From Bigelowiella natans CCMP2755 (Eukaryota > Protista > Cercozoa), in assembly GCA_000320545.1 (NCBI GenBank), contig ADNK01000879.1:1-64000 (forward strand): DNA of 64,000 bases, given 5' to 3'. Under the pieces are notes generated by a model. The model ran no database searches and was not told the origin of the DNA. It worked only from the letters and a program-made list of their open reading frames with translations. The position numbers and the translations under genes were made by a program. Shown piece by piece: positions 43,895 to 57,494 of this stretch (positions within the stretch are counted from its first letter, which is position 1; each line of letters opens with the position of its first letter).

Positions 43895-45877
43895 AAAGGA
43901 TCTAACAAATGACGACGACAAGTAGGAGTACCTTGGAATACCACCGTGGACAACGAACGCCCTATCTCTAATGATACAGCAGAGTGGTAGCGCGGCGAAA
44001 ACCCTTGTAATCTCATCGAAGAGCCTGACATGGCAGGTGGCGGAAGATGGGTGTCGTCATCACGTCAAAAGCAGCAATTACCACATGAGAGAGGTAGATA
44101 TATGGTGAGCATCGAATCAAAAGTAGAGGCAGCAGCAGGAAACTTTCACTCTTCGTTGGTTCCGAAAATAAGTAATATTAATTCTTGATGATCTTCCTCC
44201 ATCAACACCGTGGAGAAACTTCACCGTCCGTATCGTGACGGAGGCTCTTCCAGAAACGTGCAATTATTATTATTATTATTATCATTATTATCATTATTAT
44301 TATTTCGACTACTCTTTGCTCTACTACCTTGGAGAGCTGTACTTCGCCATCACTTCGTCGTAAAACCCGTACGCCCTAGCATGCACACACATAATATATG
44401 TGAAGAAGCAAGGCTATCTAGGTGCGGGGACCTGTAGCATATTACCTGCAAAGGGCGGAGTCCTCATGGTTACCGCGGTTGAGATGAACGTTTTCAGGAA
44501 ACACAATCTTCATCGCCAAGATCACGGCAAGAACCTATGCACCATCACCAAAGAGCACGCAATGTGACTACCACCTTACAACGCCGCACTTTGATTTTAG
44601 CTGCTGCGGTCGTCCATTACCTCAACACCGTGCTGGCCGCGATCGACAAAGTCCCCATTGAAGATGATGGTGTGCTCTTCCGAAGGCATCCCAACGGAGT
44701 CCAATATCTAGCATAGGATAACGCATAGAATGTGGGAAAGAATCAGTCATTGAGATGGTGGCTAGACAGACGTAACATATTGATTTGCGGTTGTTATTTA
44801 TTCTTGTTACGATGTATGAGTACAGTAAGAAAGCTTCTTGTCTATACTCATATATTTAACTTCATATATCCGTAATCATTACCATCAGGAGGTCGTCAAG
44901 GTCACCATGGAGGTCGCCTACGACTGTAACTTTCTCGCCCTTTGATGTTTTGTTATGTAACCAAAGAATTAGACAAGATCTATTGCTGCTGTTGCCTCAG
45001 AGCATAACAACATCCATAAGATATTATACTACTTCAATATCAAGATTGCAATCTTCTCTATTCAATACCTCCTGAGGGTTGGGGACGAAGGAAATGTTCG
45101 GAGACATAGAAATGAGAGCATGCGCTTGGTGCAAGATATTCTTGAATGTCTTCAGTGCAATCAATCCGCGGTGCTTCCGCAAGTATCTGTGAAAACGGGG
45201 AGGGATATGACGTTAAGCTGTGGAGGAGCAAGACGAGGGGGCGATCCCCAAAAGTCACAATGCTATAGGAGAGAAAGCACCCACTCGACAAGTCGTCTTA
45301 TAGACGTGGGGTCTAAATGCGAATGCATATGCAGCCCCTCTTTCTTGAGCGCCTCTGGGGACTCGACCATCTTCTTGCGTGCATACGCCATCTCCGCCAA
45401 CTCGGTCAAAAATGTGGCAAGCTGGATCTTGTCGGCCTCATCACGGTCAACTAGCTTCTTCCACATTCCGAACTCATCACGGTCGTTTTTGTCTTCTTCA
45501 ATCGGGTGTAAAATGGGGTTGTTGTTGGTGGAGTGGTGGCGTCGGCCATTCCGCCAGCTGCTGTGGTACACTCTTGAAGAGGAGGAGGAAGGAAAGGGAA
45601 AAGAAGAGGATGATGATGAAGAAGAAGATGAAGAAGATGATGAGGAGGAAGAAGAGGAGGAGGAGCTGCAGCTTCGAAAGAAAATTTGCCATCGTTTGTG
45701 GGAAGATTGGGGTCGTGATTTCCGATCGAGTTTCGCCTTTAGCGACGAGGCCCGCTCTGTATATCCGTCCGTCGGACTGATTGCACGAGCAATAGCTCTA
45801 TTTGAGAAAACCCGTATGATTTTTACCGCACCTCCACGGCTTCTTGACCGTCGTAGAACCCGCCTGACTCCGTACAT
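39315..45877 (-). CDS. PPEF: PPEF/rdgC-type serine/threonine phosphatase with EF-hands
   Basis: GDLHGD, FNGDFVDRG, LNRGNHE, VVHGGI, MWSDP, RGAG.RYGPDV, LIRSHEC, TVFSSSNY; EF-hands DENGDGVVTYEEF and DKDDSGVVELQEL; N-terminal IQ-like/rdgC segment. Confidence 0.92.
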
Positions 45878-46890
45878 CGATGCAGTATCGGTTCGAAGAG
45901 CCGGGAGGGGGAAGGGAACGGAGCTTGGAGGATTTCAGAGTTAATAAATGATCGAGTAAATATCCTAGATGCCGAGGAAACATTGTGAAGAATAGGAAAA
46001 ATCAAAGTCGCACGTCTAAGTGACAGGTCATCTTGACGATCTCTGGAAAGCACAATTTCTCTCATTCGGAAGAGGGATTACTTTGTTTTTTTGCTTTGAA
46101 ATTGATGTCCATGCATGTCGTTCATTGATTGCCAACTACGTTTGCTGCACAAAGTAAGATTTTCTTCTCTTCTGTCCGACACTCGTTCTCTTTTTGAAAA
46201 AAACCCCAACAACAAATGTGACAAGCACTATAGAGTCAAAAAATGGTCGGAGGGAAACCCAAGCGGATATCACATGTGCTTTACGCCGACATCGAACGAT
46301 TTGTCTCATAAGAAATCAATGGAATCCAATGGAAATCCCCTGTATTTTTAGATTTTCTTGGTTCGTCATTCTTTCTCGGGACGGTTTCCAGGCCGTTACT
46401 GCAACAATTCATCTTATAATTTGTGCTGTAAAATGAGCGAATTACGTTTATTTTCCCCTAGATATGTTTTATACCCTTGTCGTATCATATATTTATAATA
46501 TAATTTACTTCTAGAAGAAGACACCAAGGAAAAACTAAGCTGCTAATATGGGCACGCAAACGAATCGTTTCCTGGTGGAAGTTCCTGGTAGAAAAACTTC
46601 GAATCGTCCGTCGACGACAAAGGAGAGGAAGATCGGGTTGAAATTCTAACTAAATTTCGTTCTTCTTCTCTAGGATATTTTCAGGTCAGCATGTAGATTA
46701 ATTGCCTAAAATTTTGAGGAGGAACAGAGCTGGGACGGAAATTGTAGCCCTCCTTCCTCCCTTTCAGCAGATAGAGCTCTGATTCAACTCTCCCTGAATC
46801 ATTGCACGTGAAAAGAGTCATCTAGGCCTCCCACGCCGTGGGTTAGTAACAAACTAGCGAAACTGACGTCGAAGGAGGATTTCCACAATC

Positions 46891-48036
46891 ATGGAGCTCG
46901 ATCAGAAAATGCTTGAGGTGGACAAGTACGAGACGTACGAAGACTACCTTGATTCTCAAATCTCCGAAAAGGACATGTATTATTTGCAGGTCCTTAATTA
47001 TTTCTACTCGTAAACCTTTATAAGCCGAACTCAATATTACCTGATTTATGTTCGCAGGACCAATCTCTTGCTAGACAGCTGGTTGAGCTAGGTTATCGTG
47101 GAACTGGGGAAACCTTCAAAAGAGAGGAATTTGAGCGACGAAAAGAGGAGATAGCGGAAATGCGTCGTAACGCATTAAGTAAAAATATACAGGTTTCTCC
47201 CAGTTTTCGATGAACATGCATCACACTGAAGCTGTTCTCTCATTTGCTAGATTCTTGCCAGCCACGGAATAAAAACCAAAAACTACCCCCTTCTCCACTC
47301 ATTGGCTGAGAGAGGTACACCCTTATGAAATTTAATCCTCGCAGTCGTAATTTTGCTTTCCTTGAACAGAAAAAAAGGTGAGGGATGGGAAGTTGACGAC
47401 AATAGTTTTCATTCGCGACAAAAACGCAAATGGGCAAGAAATTAGCGGTTACATAGACTTCGGAGATCGTCTCGCACAAGATGATTTCAAGGTCTTCCTC
47501 TTCGATTTGCTTTCATTCAATCATAGACCTGAGTATCTGATTCTCTTTCAGGAATATTTCGAGAGAAAAAAACGTCTACTTCCACGACCTTCTGATCTAA
47601 GCTATTACAACTGGACTACGAATGTACTTTTCAAACTCCACCTTCCGGATCTTAATTAAATGATCTTGCTTTTCATCTGTAGGTATCGACATCGAATCCT
47701 TCTCGATTTTACCAGGTGTTGTGTTTACTTAATGATCCAAACAAGAAACACCATGTTTGAGGAAAAAGTAAGGACATATATAATTTTTTTTTATGTTGTA
47801 GGTCCTCGGGGACAATGACATAGGATTACTTTTCAAAAATAAGCGTGATCGGAAGATAATCTGTGTCGACCCTGATTCTGATTGCGGAGATAACTCGACC
47901 CGAACCGAACTTAAGACTAAAGAATATCTCCAGGTTCAGTATTGTTTTATTCGTTTAACTTGATTTAGCCAATAATTTGATTTTGGTTTATGCTAAGGTC
48001 GTGATATATGACCATGTCACGAGGCGAAAGAGTTGA
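46891..48036 (+). CDS. CFAP299: cilia- and flagella-associated protein 299 (C4orf22-like)
   Basis: 8 short exons: [95 protein letters not shown]. Confidence 0.93.
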
Positions 48037-48315
48037 AGACACTGTGCTAGTCAGTTGCACAAATTTGCGGAATCAATTTATTTCAAGCCAAAAGAGAACT
48101 CACAATCAACTAGTGCATTATTTGAAGTTTTTGTACGACCTAATCAAAGACACAAAGACACACAATGACGCATCCAATGCACAGACCCCCATGGCAGGAC
48201 GAACTAGCATCCAATGATGCTGAAATGACTACGTCCATTCCTCAGTGCTGCTACTGATCACACTTCATCTACAATGCAATGTGATGATCATCTGTGGCTT
48301 GTACGCCTGACGGTA

Positions 48316-48979
48316 TGCAATCGATTGCAGCGTGCAACTGCGCTCTTGCGCGCACGATGAGTTGCAACACAAAACCCAACACGTGTGCCTGCACCCCAGT
48401 TTGCGCCATTCCAGCATTCGCTCTCGCGTCACGCATGTTGAGGACTGTTGTTCCCTGATTTGCTGCAATTGCCCACTCCACACTAGCACACTGTTGCAAA
48501 ACATGTGATGCATGACAATTGCTCCCTGCGCGATGCGCGATGCTGCGTGACTGCTGCACGTGTTGTGACGTGTCGCACGATCCGCCAGCGGTGGCCTTTG
48601 TTGGGTCTGCACTGGCATCGACATCACCATCGTGGCAGCGGCCACCAAGCTCTCTCCACAAGATGTCCATTTGCACCGCAATGACCTTCTCCATCTCCGT
48701 TCATTTGACATCGCGAGTGAGCCTGCTGTCCAGCTGTGTGTGTGTTCGCCGACAGCATCGTTTTTTTTCCACGACGATTCCTGCTGGACCTTGACATGCT
48801 GAGCGAGGATCTGGAGGAAAGCGACCCTTTTTCTTTTTCTCGATGACCAAGTTTCAATTTTGGCAGGCATCTGATCGGTGCTGCTCATGTGATCCGCACA
48901 CATTCTTGTGGGGTGTTTTCCTCTCGTGGCGCTGTGGATGCGATGCTCGAAGCAAGAAGCAGATGAGTCTCGCAATGCG
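48316..48979. other. TpA-depleted intergenic island 3
   Basis: About 660 bp with one TpA (CTAG at 48483); TpA at the edges are mostly CTAC/GTAG/TTAG. Confidence 0.9.
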
Positions 48980-49139
48980 TAGTCCGAACGATGGGATGCA
49001 ATTAGGTGTTTTTGCCAGAATGACATCCTTTTCTTGTCTTGATTGATGTCGCAGGAAATAAATAGAGGATGTTTCTCGGAATAGCACCATTACAATTCTT
49101 TTTGAAGACACACTGATCTGCGCATAAATCTCTCAGGCG

Positions 49140-50991
49140 ATGATGAACGTCGGCGTCGCCCTCGTGCTCTACGTCGCTCTCTCCACTGGCCTCCCCCTGG
49201 CCAATCACTACCGGATTCATCACTCTCTGAACCCCATCACGGTGGCCCTCACCTTTTTCTGTGGCTTAAACATAATTGTCTGCGCGTGGGAGATTGGCCT
49301 GGGTCTTCACATTCGGCACATCCAGGTTTTCCGGGCACACCACATACGCGCATGAGTGTTGTCACGCGATAAGATCCTCCAATTAGGGGATACTTCACTC
49401 AGTTTCCCCCTTCGCGCCCGTGTACGCTAGGATTATTTCCGAAATATCTCCAACTAGCGAGAATAAGACTGCTCGTAATTGAGCGCTCGATTGCATTTTA
49501 AGAGACGTTTGAATTGAGAAGATAACTGTCTCACGCAATCATTTAAACCGTAATCTTCAGGGAGAGTACAAGAAGTTGAAGGAGAAGTACGGTGAGTGCT
49601 CTTCCGTATGTCGATAACGCGAATGGAAGACAATGTTTTTTGCCACAACAACCTTGTGTATACAGGCAAAACTCCTCTTGGGGCGGTCAAAGAGTTCTTT
49701 TTCACTCCCGTAACATCAAAGAACTGTTTCTCGTTGAAGTTCTGGTCGCTGGTATTTCCTGAACAATTTATCCACGAGTTATGAGGGATATGAAACTGAG
49801 AGAGCATGGGTAGGCGAAACGACTGGGCATGTATTTGATTACGTTCTTCATGGACAGGTGTGGACAACTTACGCTCTTTACGATCCATCGTATCAGAATA
49901 ACGAAAGTTTTGGATTCTTCGTTGATGTAAGCTAATGATGCTAACATGAACATGCCTCGACAAAATAGCATTCCAGGCCTGCTATTTCGAGTAGTCCTTT
50001 TTAAAAAGACTTCTGATAGCAAGCAAGGACCCAAATCGTAGATATCTAGTCATGGCCAAGGCATCGCTCGTCTTTCGCCTACAAACTCGTTATTGTAAAT
50101 TAAATTATGATGCACGTGATGCTCGTAGGTGGGAAATGGCTGGTCGACTCTTCTACCCTCTTTCATATGGATATTCGCCATGACTTACCACGTAATAGCA
50201 GTATCCGTAGCGTTTGGTATTTCCTTGAAGTTCCTAAAGTTTTAAATATAGCTGCTGTGCTGTTTGTACCACCGTCTCTCCTCTCAAAATTGTACGTTAT
50301 TCAGGGCTACATCCCTGCATACATGGTCGGGTGTATGGGTATTGCAAAGGTGATACCGATAAGCATAAATGAGGGGAGGAAAGAATATTTCTTCCATTTA
50401 TCGGCGAATAATGGTGCTTATTATTGACCCGCCTTTATATTGTCTTACTACTTCCTCTCAATCATCATATTCAGTATTGGCAGGAACTGTATGGAACAGT
50501 GATTTACACCCTGTCGTACGTTCTCAATGGGAGGTATAAGGTGGGTCCGAAGTATCATTTTCTTGCGGGGGCTTTGTAGCCCCTTGCCCCCTTCTCCTCC
50601 TCACCAACGCATGAATATCCTCAGCATCATCAGCATCACTCGCATAATTATTAGGGGCGCACGAGTGCGGAAGTTTTTCTTTTCGTAGCGATGACGAATG
50701 GGCTTTGGTTCGTGTTCCCATTGCTGGTAGTGCATACCTATCTAGATCGAATATAGTTGTGATCATACATGATGAGGGAAGAACGACGAGGAGGAAGAGA
50801 GGGAATGTATAACATCTCGGTTGGTGAGAATAAATACTCGTCACGTATGTCAATGTTACTCTTTGTGATTGGCGACTCAACGATTCGTTCACACCTGCTC
50901 ACACAAGCGCCACACAAGCCACATACATCCACAGGGTATCTATGCATCGGTGAGGATGATACAATCCAACTCGTACGCGGTGTTCCTATAA
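49140..50991 (+). CDS. EXPERA/EBP-superfamily-like multi-pass membrane protein
   Basis: Exons LNIIVCAWEIGL | VWTTYALYDPSY..FGFFVD | VGNGWSTLLPS | YWQELYGTVIY | MTNGLWFVFPLL | GIYASVRMI-TAA; W..Y...D..Y and NxxWxxxP motifs resemble EBP/EXPERA. Confidence 0.7.
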
Positions 50992-51257
50992 TGGCAATAG
51001 ATGAAGAGAGATCAGTCACTCCTGGAATCTTCTAGTATGTGTTGTGCTACAGATAAAGACATCGTGGCATATGGCTGAGATTAAAGCTTAATGTTCTTTG
51101 CTGGTATTTGCATCGAAGAAATCAAGTCGATAAACGTATAAATAGGCAGCATGGCTCAAACACTCGTTGATCGCATGCAATGTAGCTTGTGTGCTTGCGT
51201 GTTTGCGTGCTCTCGCGGATTGATCAAAAAATGATCAACGCAAGATTGAATTGCAAA

Positions 51258-51321
51258 CAGGGACTTTGAAGGGGGGACTGCTAGTGTGTTACAGCTAGTG
51301 TCCGATGTCGGGGAAGCGCTC
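51258..51321 (+). pseudogene. degenerate copy of exon fragment 52523-52571
   Basis: cagggactttgaagg...ctagt..ccgatgtcgg.gaagc.ctc is shared; substitutions are mostly A>G relative to the coding copy. Confidence 0.75.
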
Positions 51322-51783
51322 CACGGCAGCAGCAACGCAAACACAGACACACAAGTGCATGCACAAGAGCATCGCAACCTGCATCTGACTAGCTGGCTTG
51401 CTGTGCAGAGTGCATTGTGCAGAGTGCATTGTGTAGAGCTAGAGAGGCCACTCAAGTCGCATCACAGCACGTGGCAGCTCACTTGGGGCCACTCGGATCC
51501 CATGACATGGTTCAAAGTCGCAGCTGCACTCTTGCACCCAACACTTGAAAGTGAGGTCAAGCATGAAGCAATGCGTGAATGGAGCGGTTCCACAGGAGCG
51601 TTTGAGAGGATCATGGTGTCACACTAACTCATCCGTTGACCGCCCTTGGCATCACTGTGCAAATCGCACTGTGTCGTCATGGACATGACACAGTGTCACT
51701 GTGCTGTGCGCGCAATGGCACAGTGCGATTCCACACACTGTGGTGCAACGCCCCATGCAAAAGACGGAGAATGAAAGAAAGAC

Positions 51784-51868
51784 TGAACAATGAACAATGA
51801 CAAAGAACTACATTTCCAAAATGTAACAAGACATTTGCAGTGCACGAAACGCAGTGCCTCGAACTAAC
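51784..51868 (+). repeat. dispersed repeat, copy B
   Basis: Aligns by eye to 21986-22075. Confidence 0.9.
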
Positions 51869-52430
51869 TTCAGTGAGGACCATCTAGTGAAACCAAAAGG
51901 AATCAAGAATGGCATTGTAGCCACTCCTCCGTTCCTAGTTTCATTGTTTTTAGTGCCTGATGTTTGCCAACTTCAGGATCACGCATCCCTAAATCCTGTC
52001 GTGATGGTTTGCTCATGCTTGGAGATCACCAAGCAAGAACACCACACCTACGACCCCCAAGAGCACAATTCCATGGACCACACCTTCATGGTCTACTTCA
52101 TACCTACCACAACATCCCCGGCTTTTGCGGAGACATTGCCCTCACTGGAAGGCATGAAGATGGAGGAGGATGCATTCTTCGTTCCTAGTCCATTTGGACA
52201 GCGAGCTTCGCAATGACCACAGCATCCCCGACTGATGATCATCGATCGATCGATTTCAAACGATTTTTCCCAACGGTCCAGCCCTAGATGGGTCCCATTT
52301 TTATTGCGCGACATGGTAATTCTTCGTGTCGCAGAATGGATTTGTCTTGTTTTCTCCGGCCGACAACAACGAGCGAACAAGGACGTGCTTGCCCACTTGC
52401 GCGTCCCGCCCGCCCTCCCTTACCAGGAGG

Positions 52431-52987
52431 ATGGCTCACAGCCCGGCGTTCCCCCGGCGTCGGCTTCGCTGTTGTAGCCGTTTTCTACTGATTGTATTTA
52501 CGGTCTGGGGACTGATCCTCTGCAGGGACTTTGAAGGAAGAACACTAGTAGCCGATGTCGGAGAAGCACTCGGCGTCAGTGGCATACCACGTATATCCTA
52601 CACGGAGCTCAGACGTCCATGTTCCCTTCGAGCTAGGATTTATGTTCAGAAGTAGTTCTCCTTATATTGAATGTTCACATTCATCTGATGTTAGCTTCAG
52701 TCACTCTCCTTGCTTCCTTCCTTTTTGCAGCTGGTGATGATCCACAAATACATATTCGCACTCATATCACTGGTAGGTTTGTTCAACGGCTTAGAGGAGG
52801 AGGAGGAGGAGGCGGCGGCGGCGGCGGTGAAAAGCTAGACACAGGAAGTCAGGGAACGAAGCGGCAGGTTCCAGGCGAGAGATATGAGCCTCTCGGAATT
52901 CCCCTTGGAGCAGATGGAAACCCAGATCCCAAGATCATGGTAGTAGTGGGTGATTGGTGTGTGCGTGTGTGCGTGTGTGTGTGTGTG

Positions 52988-53040
<53 letters not shown>

Positions 53041-53517
53041 TGTAGGGCGTCAGCCTGCTTCTTCCCTCCCACCCCGCACACCACACAACACAATCACCGG
53101 TGACCTCGTTGTTGTCTATCTTGCATGTGGGCGGGGAGCTGGGTATAGAGCGAGGGAGATTTTCTAATTTCTTCAGTCCGTGCATGTATGATGCGTGAGA
53201 TGCGATGCTCTTGTGAAATGGAAAGGAACGTGAAGCGGACGCTAAATGGACTGAATTTGAAAGGAAGCTGCGAGGCACCGCTAGGCTAGAGGTGATTATT
53301 CTCCCCTTTTCTCTCAACCTGATATTGTGCAAGTGGGCGGGGGTGGAACTTGAAAGTGTACTTTCTGAGTGTCGGATGGCGCATCACCATGCTTAGGAAT
53401 CAGCTGTGGACATCATGAATGAGGCAACCCGACCTCAGACGCACATCAATTTTATGGTTGCTAAGAGCTTTGCTTTAGACCCTCTGCCTCATGTTTCCAA
53501 TTCGGTTTTATTGCTAT

Positions 53518-53558
<41 letters not shown>

Positions 53559-54923
53559 CAACTTGCACCAAATTCTCCTCACGAACCAACACAAGCAGCA
53601 TGTGCATGCTAGGGACGGATAATAATAACAACTGGAATATTAATAATAATAAAAATAGTAATAATAATGATGATAATCTCAGTATCATCTATTAATATTC
53701 GTGGTTGAAAATGATACCAAACCTTACAGCAAGACATCGCATCCTCGGACGACATGTTCAATGATAAATGGGACACAAAGGTATGTAAGCCGGTCGCAAT
53801 GTGCCGTGCTACAATCCCATCCTTCGTCAGCTTATATAACGCATAGCTGACCCCACCATCGTCGGCACTGCACTCATATCCATCTACGAATGACAAAACG
53901 TGCGCGCACACCACAAACACACGTGTGGAGGACAACATTCACGAAGACATCGTCATGACCTATCAGCGCAAAATTCCCTTGGATGATACGGCGTTAAGGG
54001 CAGGAGCAGCAAATAGTGATAATGACCCTAAGACTGACATAGGTAGGGTGCGTGCGTAGGATAGGATGATGACCTGTAAAACGATGCTTGCCGATGTTGC
54101 TGCTGTCGTTTCTCCTCTTGCTAATACTACTAGTACTAGTAATAGTAATAGTAGTTGTAGTAGTAGTACCAGAACTACTACCACGACTTTCTTAACGGTC
54201 ACACACCACTTCAAAAGCAGTAATCGACACTTCCTCCCACATCTCTACTTGACCCCCCCGTTTGTCATTGATTCATCCTGCAAATCTCCTACTGCCTGTC
54301 TGACCCTCCTCCTTCCAGAAATGACAGCAGCAGAGGCAGCAGCACCGATGGAGGCTACACGTACGGAAAAGCAATAATATCCTGTTTAATCCTCTCATTT
54401 CCTCAATCGCCGCTATCGTCATTCCCTTCTCTCCTTCATTCTAGATCTCGCTCTACGAGCGTGTGTGTGTGTGTGTTTATTTAACGTGCAAGCACTGAAC
54501 TTCGCCTCGAGCGCTAATGCCTAACGACGGCTAATCCTTGACTTTTACTACAAACAACTATGCTTCTTCTCTGCTCCGACTGCCACTTCCATAATGGCAT
54601 CAGGCGAGGCTGTAGCAGCAGAAACTCCCAGTAGGACTCCAGAAGGGGGTACCCCATCTCCTCCTCCTCCTCCTCCTCCTCCTCCTGATAATAATGGAGT
54701 GGGGGGTGGAGGAGGAGGAGGAGGAGAAGGCAAGAGAACTGCTGTTGGTGGTAATGGTGGTGGTATTCGTGATGAAGGTCAAGGTGATGATGACGGTACA
54801 CCGCCAGGAGGTACCCCTCCCCCGCCCGCCCCACTCTCCTCACCACCATTACCAAGTAGAAGCGGCATTGAGGACGAGATGAAGGGATGGATGGCACGCG
54901 GCCAGTCAGTAGAAGCATTATAG
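52431..54923 (+). CDS. hypothetical multi-exon protein with signal/anchor and RLRGG motif
   Basis: MAHSPAFPRRRLRCCSRFLLIVFTVWGLILC...|...RFVQRLRGG...; acidic exons; last exon Pro/Gly-rich ending EDEMKGWMARGQSVEAL-TAG. Confidence 0.6.
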
Positions 54924-55007
54924 ATGATATCGTCGTCGTCAGCACATGATGATCATGCAAGTCGCAACGATGACATCATTCCTCTAACACAGAATGCAAA
55001 CTCCATA

Positions 55008-55049
<42 letters not shown>

Positions 55050-55390
55050 AGAGAGTGAGAGAGAGTGAGAAAGGAGTCCACACTTTGATTACCAGGATGA
55101 TGATAAATGGAGTGATGACAATGGTTGTTGTATAGGCTCTATTCCGATACGGATCTGGAATCCCAGTACCATGAGAGGTTGAATGATAGGAAGGGGGGGG
55201 GGGGGGGGCTGGCATACCATGACGCATTTATATAGCGAAGTCCTTGTGTATGTGCATGCATGGCTGTGTTTGCAAGGAGCACATTTGTTGTTTTCTAGTT
55301 AAAAAACAATACGGTGTCTACACCGCAAGCTGATGCAGCAAGCGCACATATCAGTGTGTATACCCACATGTGTTTACGGTGCGTGCAGTA

Positions 55391-55424
<34 letters not shown>

Positions 55425-55469
55425 CGCACTCTGAAGTGCATGCAGATATGTATGAACGGATATAGTAAG

Positions 55470-56282
55470 TCGATGGTTCAAAGTACTCATCCAGATGTGT
55501 TGAATATACTTCATAAACAACAGGGAAACGAAGCGAAAACACGTGCGAAAGTAACACTGAAACGCCACGAATTCCATCGTGCATTCCCCCCCCCTCCCCC
55601 CCCCTTCCATCCTTTTGAAACTACCATGTCTTCGAACCAACATGTTCTTGCTTTTCTATCCAAGCCACTACGATTTTCCTGTGTCAAGTATTCGCAGCAT
55701 TTTTAGACCATCGTTACAGCGAGAGTGAGCATTAGCCCCGCTCCCCCCCCCCCACCCCTGTCTCGATAGTGATGCTGAGACTGACTGATTGGTGGTGGTG
55801 TGCGATGGACGTTGTTACCACAACCCCAAAAAAAAAACACACACACAACAGATCGAAGATAGAGAGAGAGCGAGAGCGTGATGAACGTTTCGAGGACTCG
55901 CTGATGAAGATGCAAACGACGAGGAGGCCGTCGTCCTCGAGGGGAGCTGCACTCACACAGACAGATGATGTTAAGGTGCATGGAAGAAGAAGAAGAAGAA
56001 GAAGAAGAAGAAGAAGACGGAGAAGTAGTAGTAGCGTCTCCATTGAGGGAGGCAGGTAGTCGTGTTAGAGTGCGGGAATTGGGGACTTCTCTTGAAGAAC
56101 AAACGTGTTTCCCATTCTTATTCTTTTACTGCTTCCTCCTCCTCCTCCTCCTCCTCCTCCTCCTCCTCCTCAAGAAAAAGAAGAACAACAACAACAAAGG
56201 CAGCGCTTCAACAACTGAAAAGCGTTCCCAGCTCCTCAAGGACCTAGAAGGTGTTCTTTTTACTGTTGGTATAACAGTATTA

Positions 56283-56315
<33 letters not shown>

Positions 56316-56459
56316 AATAAAGTATAAGTAGTGAATGTTAGCATATCTGCTGCATGTACATGCAAATCATCCGTTGTTGGAATTAGCATCATTATGTAGG
56401 TGTTCTTCGCCTCTCCTTCCTCTTTCCCCTCCTCCTTCTTCGTATACATATCTGCATGC

Positions 56460-56491
<32 letters not shown>

Positions 56492-57452
56492 GACTCACCC
56501 ATCCATTTCTCCATCTTACAGAGGAGTCTGATATCGAAGGGGATCTATCACGCGTAATACATACACACATGCGTCCATACTTGCATGCGCACAAACGTAC
56601 GATTGACGACGACGGACGACGACATTAGCCCGAACACACACAAACACCAAACCCTGTTTAGTTTGCGACCACGTGCTTTCGCACAGAGCTTCGGTGAGAC
56701 GGCGGGTCAACAACATATCGATCCTCGTTAGTTGTTCGTAGTCCATAGCTCTGCTGCAGTTGTGAGTAGTGATTCCACCTGTGATGAATGAATGAATACT
56801 GTCCGTCAGATGGCCGCCGAAGAAGGAGGAGGAGGAGGAGCAGCAGCAGCGGAGGGGGGGCGACGAAATGTACGTTAAGAATGCATCCACACGCTTTCAC
56901 TCACGCGTGCAACACCGACTGACTAGTAGCAAATATGAGTTCGTTTTGCCACACACGGTATATATGCGCTTGTGCCAAGAAGCATATCGTCGATGTTTGG
57001 CCTTTATCCACTGCACGTACACCACAGGCTAGTAGTAGGAGCGCGGCAGTTGAAGGTGGAGGCCACCAACACCAACACCACCAGCAGCAGCAGCAGCAGC
57101 TCATGACCTACCTGAACAGGATGACACAGCAGGTGGTGGTGGTGGTGGTGGTGGTGGTGGAGATGTGTACGGATGATATTGCAACGAGAGAGAAGTTGTA
57201 GTAGTAGAAGTGAAAGTAATAGCTAGTAGTAGTAGTAGTAGTAGGAGTAGGAGTAGAAAATATGCTGCCTCACAAACAGGCAGCCTTATCGTCGTCGTCA
57301 TCGTCGTTGTTGTCTTGCGATTGTCGCCATCGTATTAGTAGTCGAGACACCAATAACTTCCTCCTCCGCTGCTGTGTGTTATGGATGAATGCCCCCCCCC
57401 CCGCCGAATAGGAGAACTCAACGTCGTACAAAGACTATATTGTCAGAGACTG

Positions 57453-57494
<42 letters not shown>

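Larger units (their letters stand above)
51150..52300. other. TpA-depleted intergenic island 4
   Basis: About 17 of 20 TpA counted in 51150-52110 are NTAG or CTAN; contains repeat copy B and a degenerate copy of the downstream exon. Confidence 0.8.

Noticed and set aside
45120-45944. 274-aa plus-strand ORF
   Set aside because: Antisense shadow of PPEF 5' exons.
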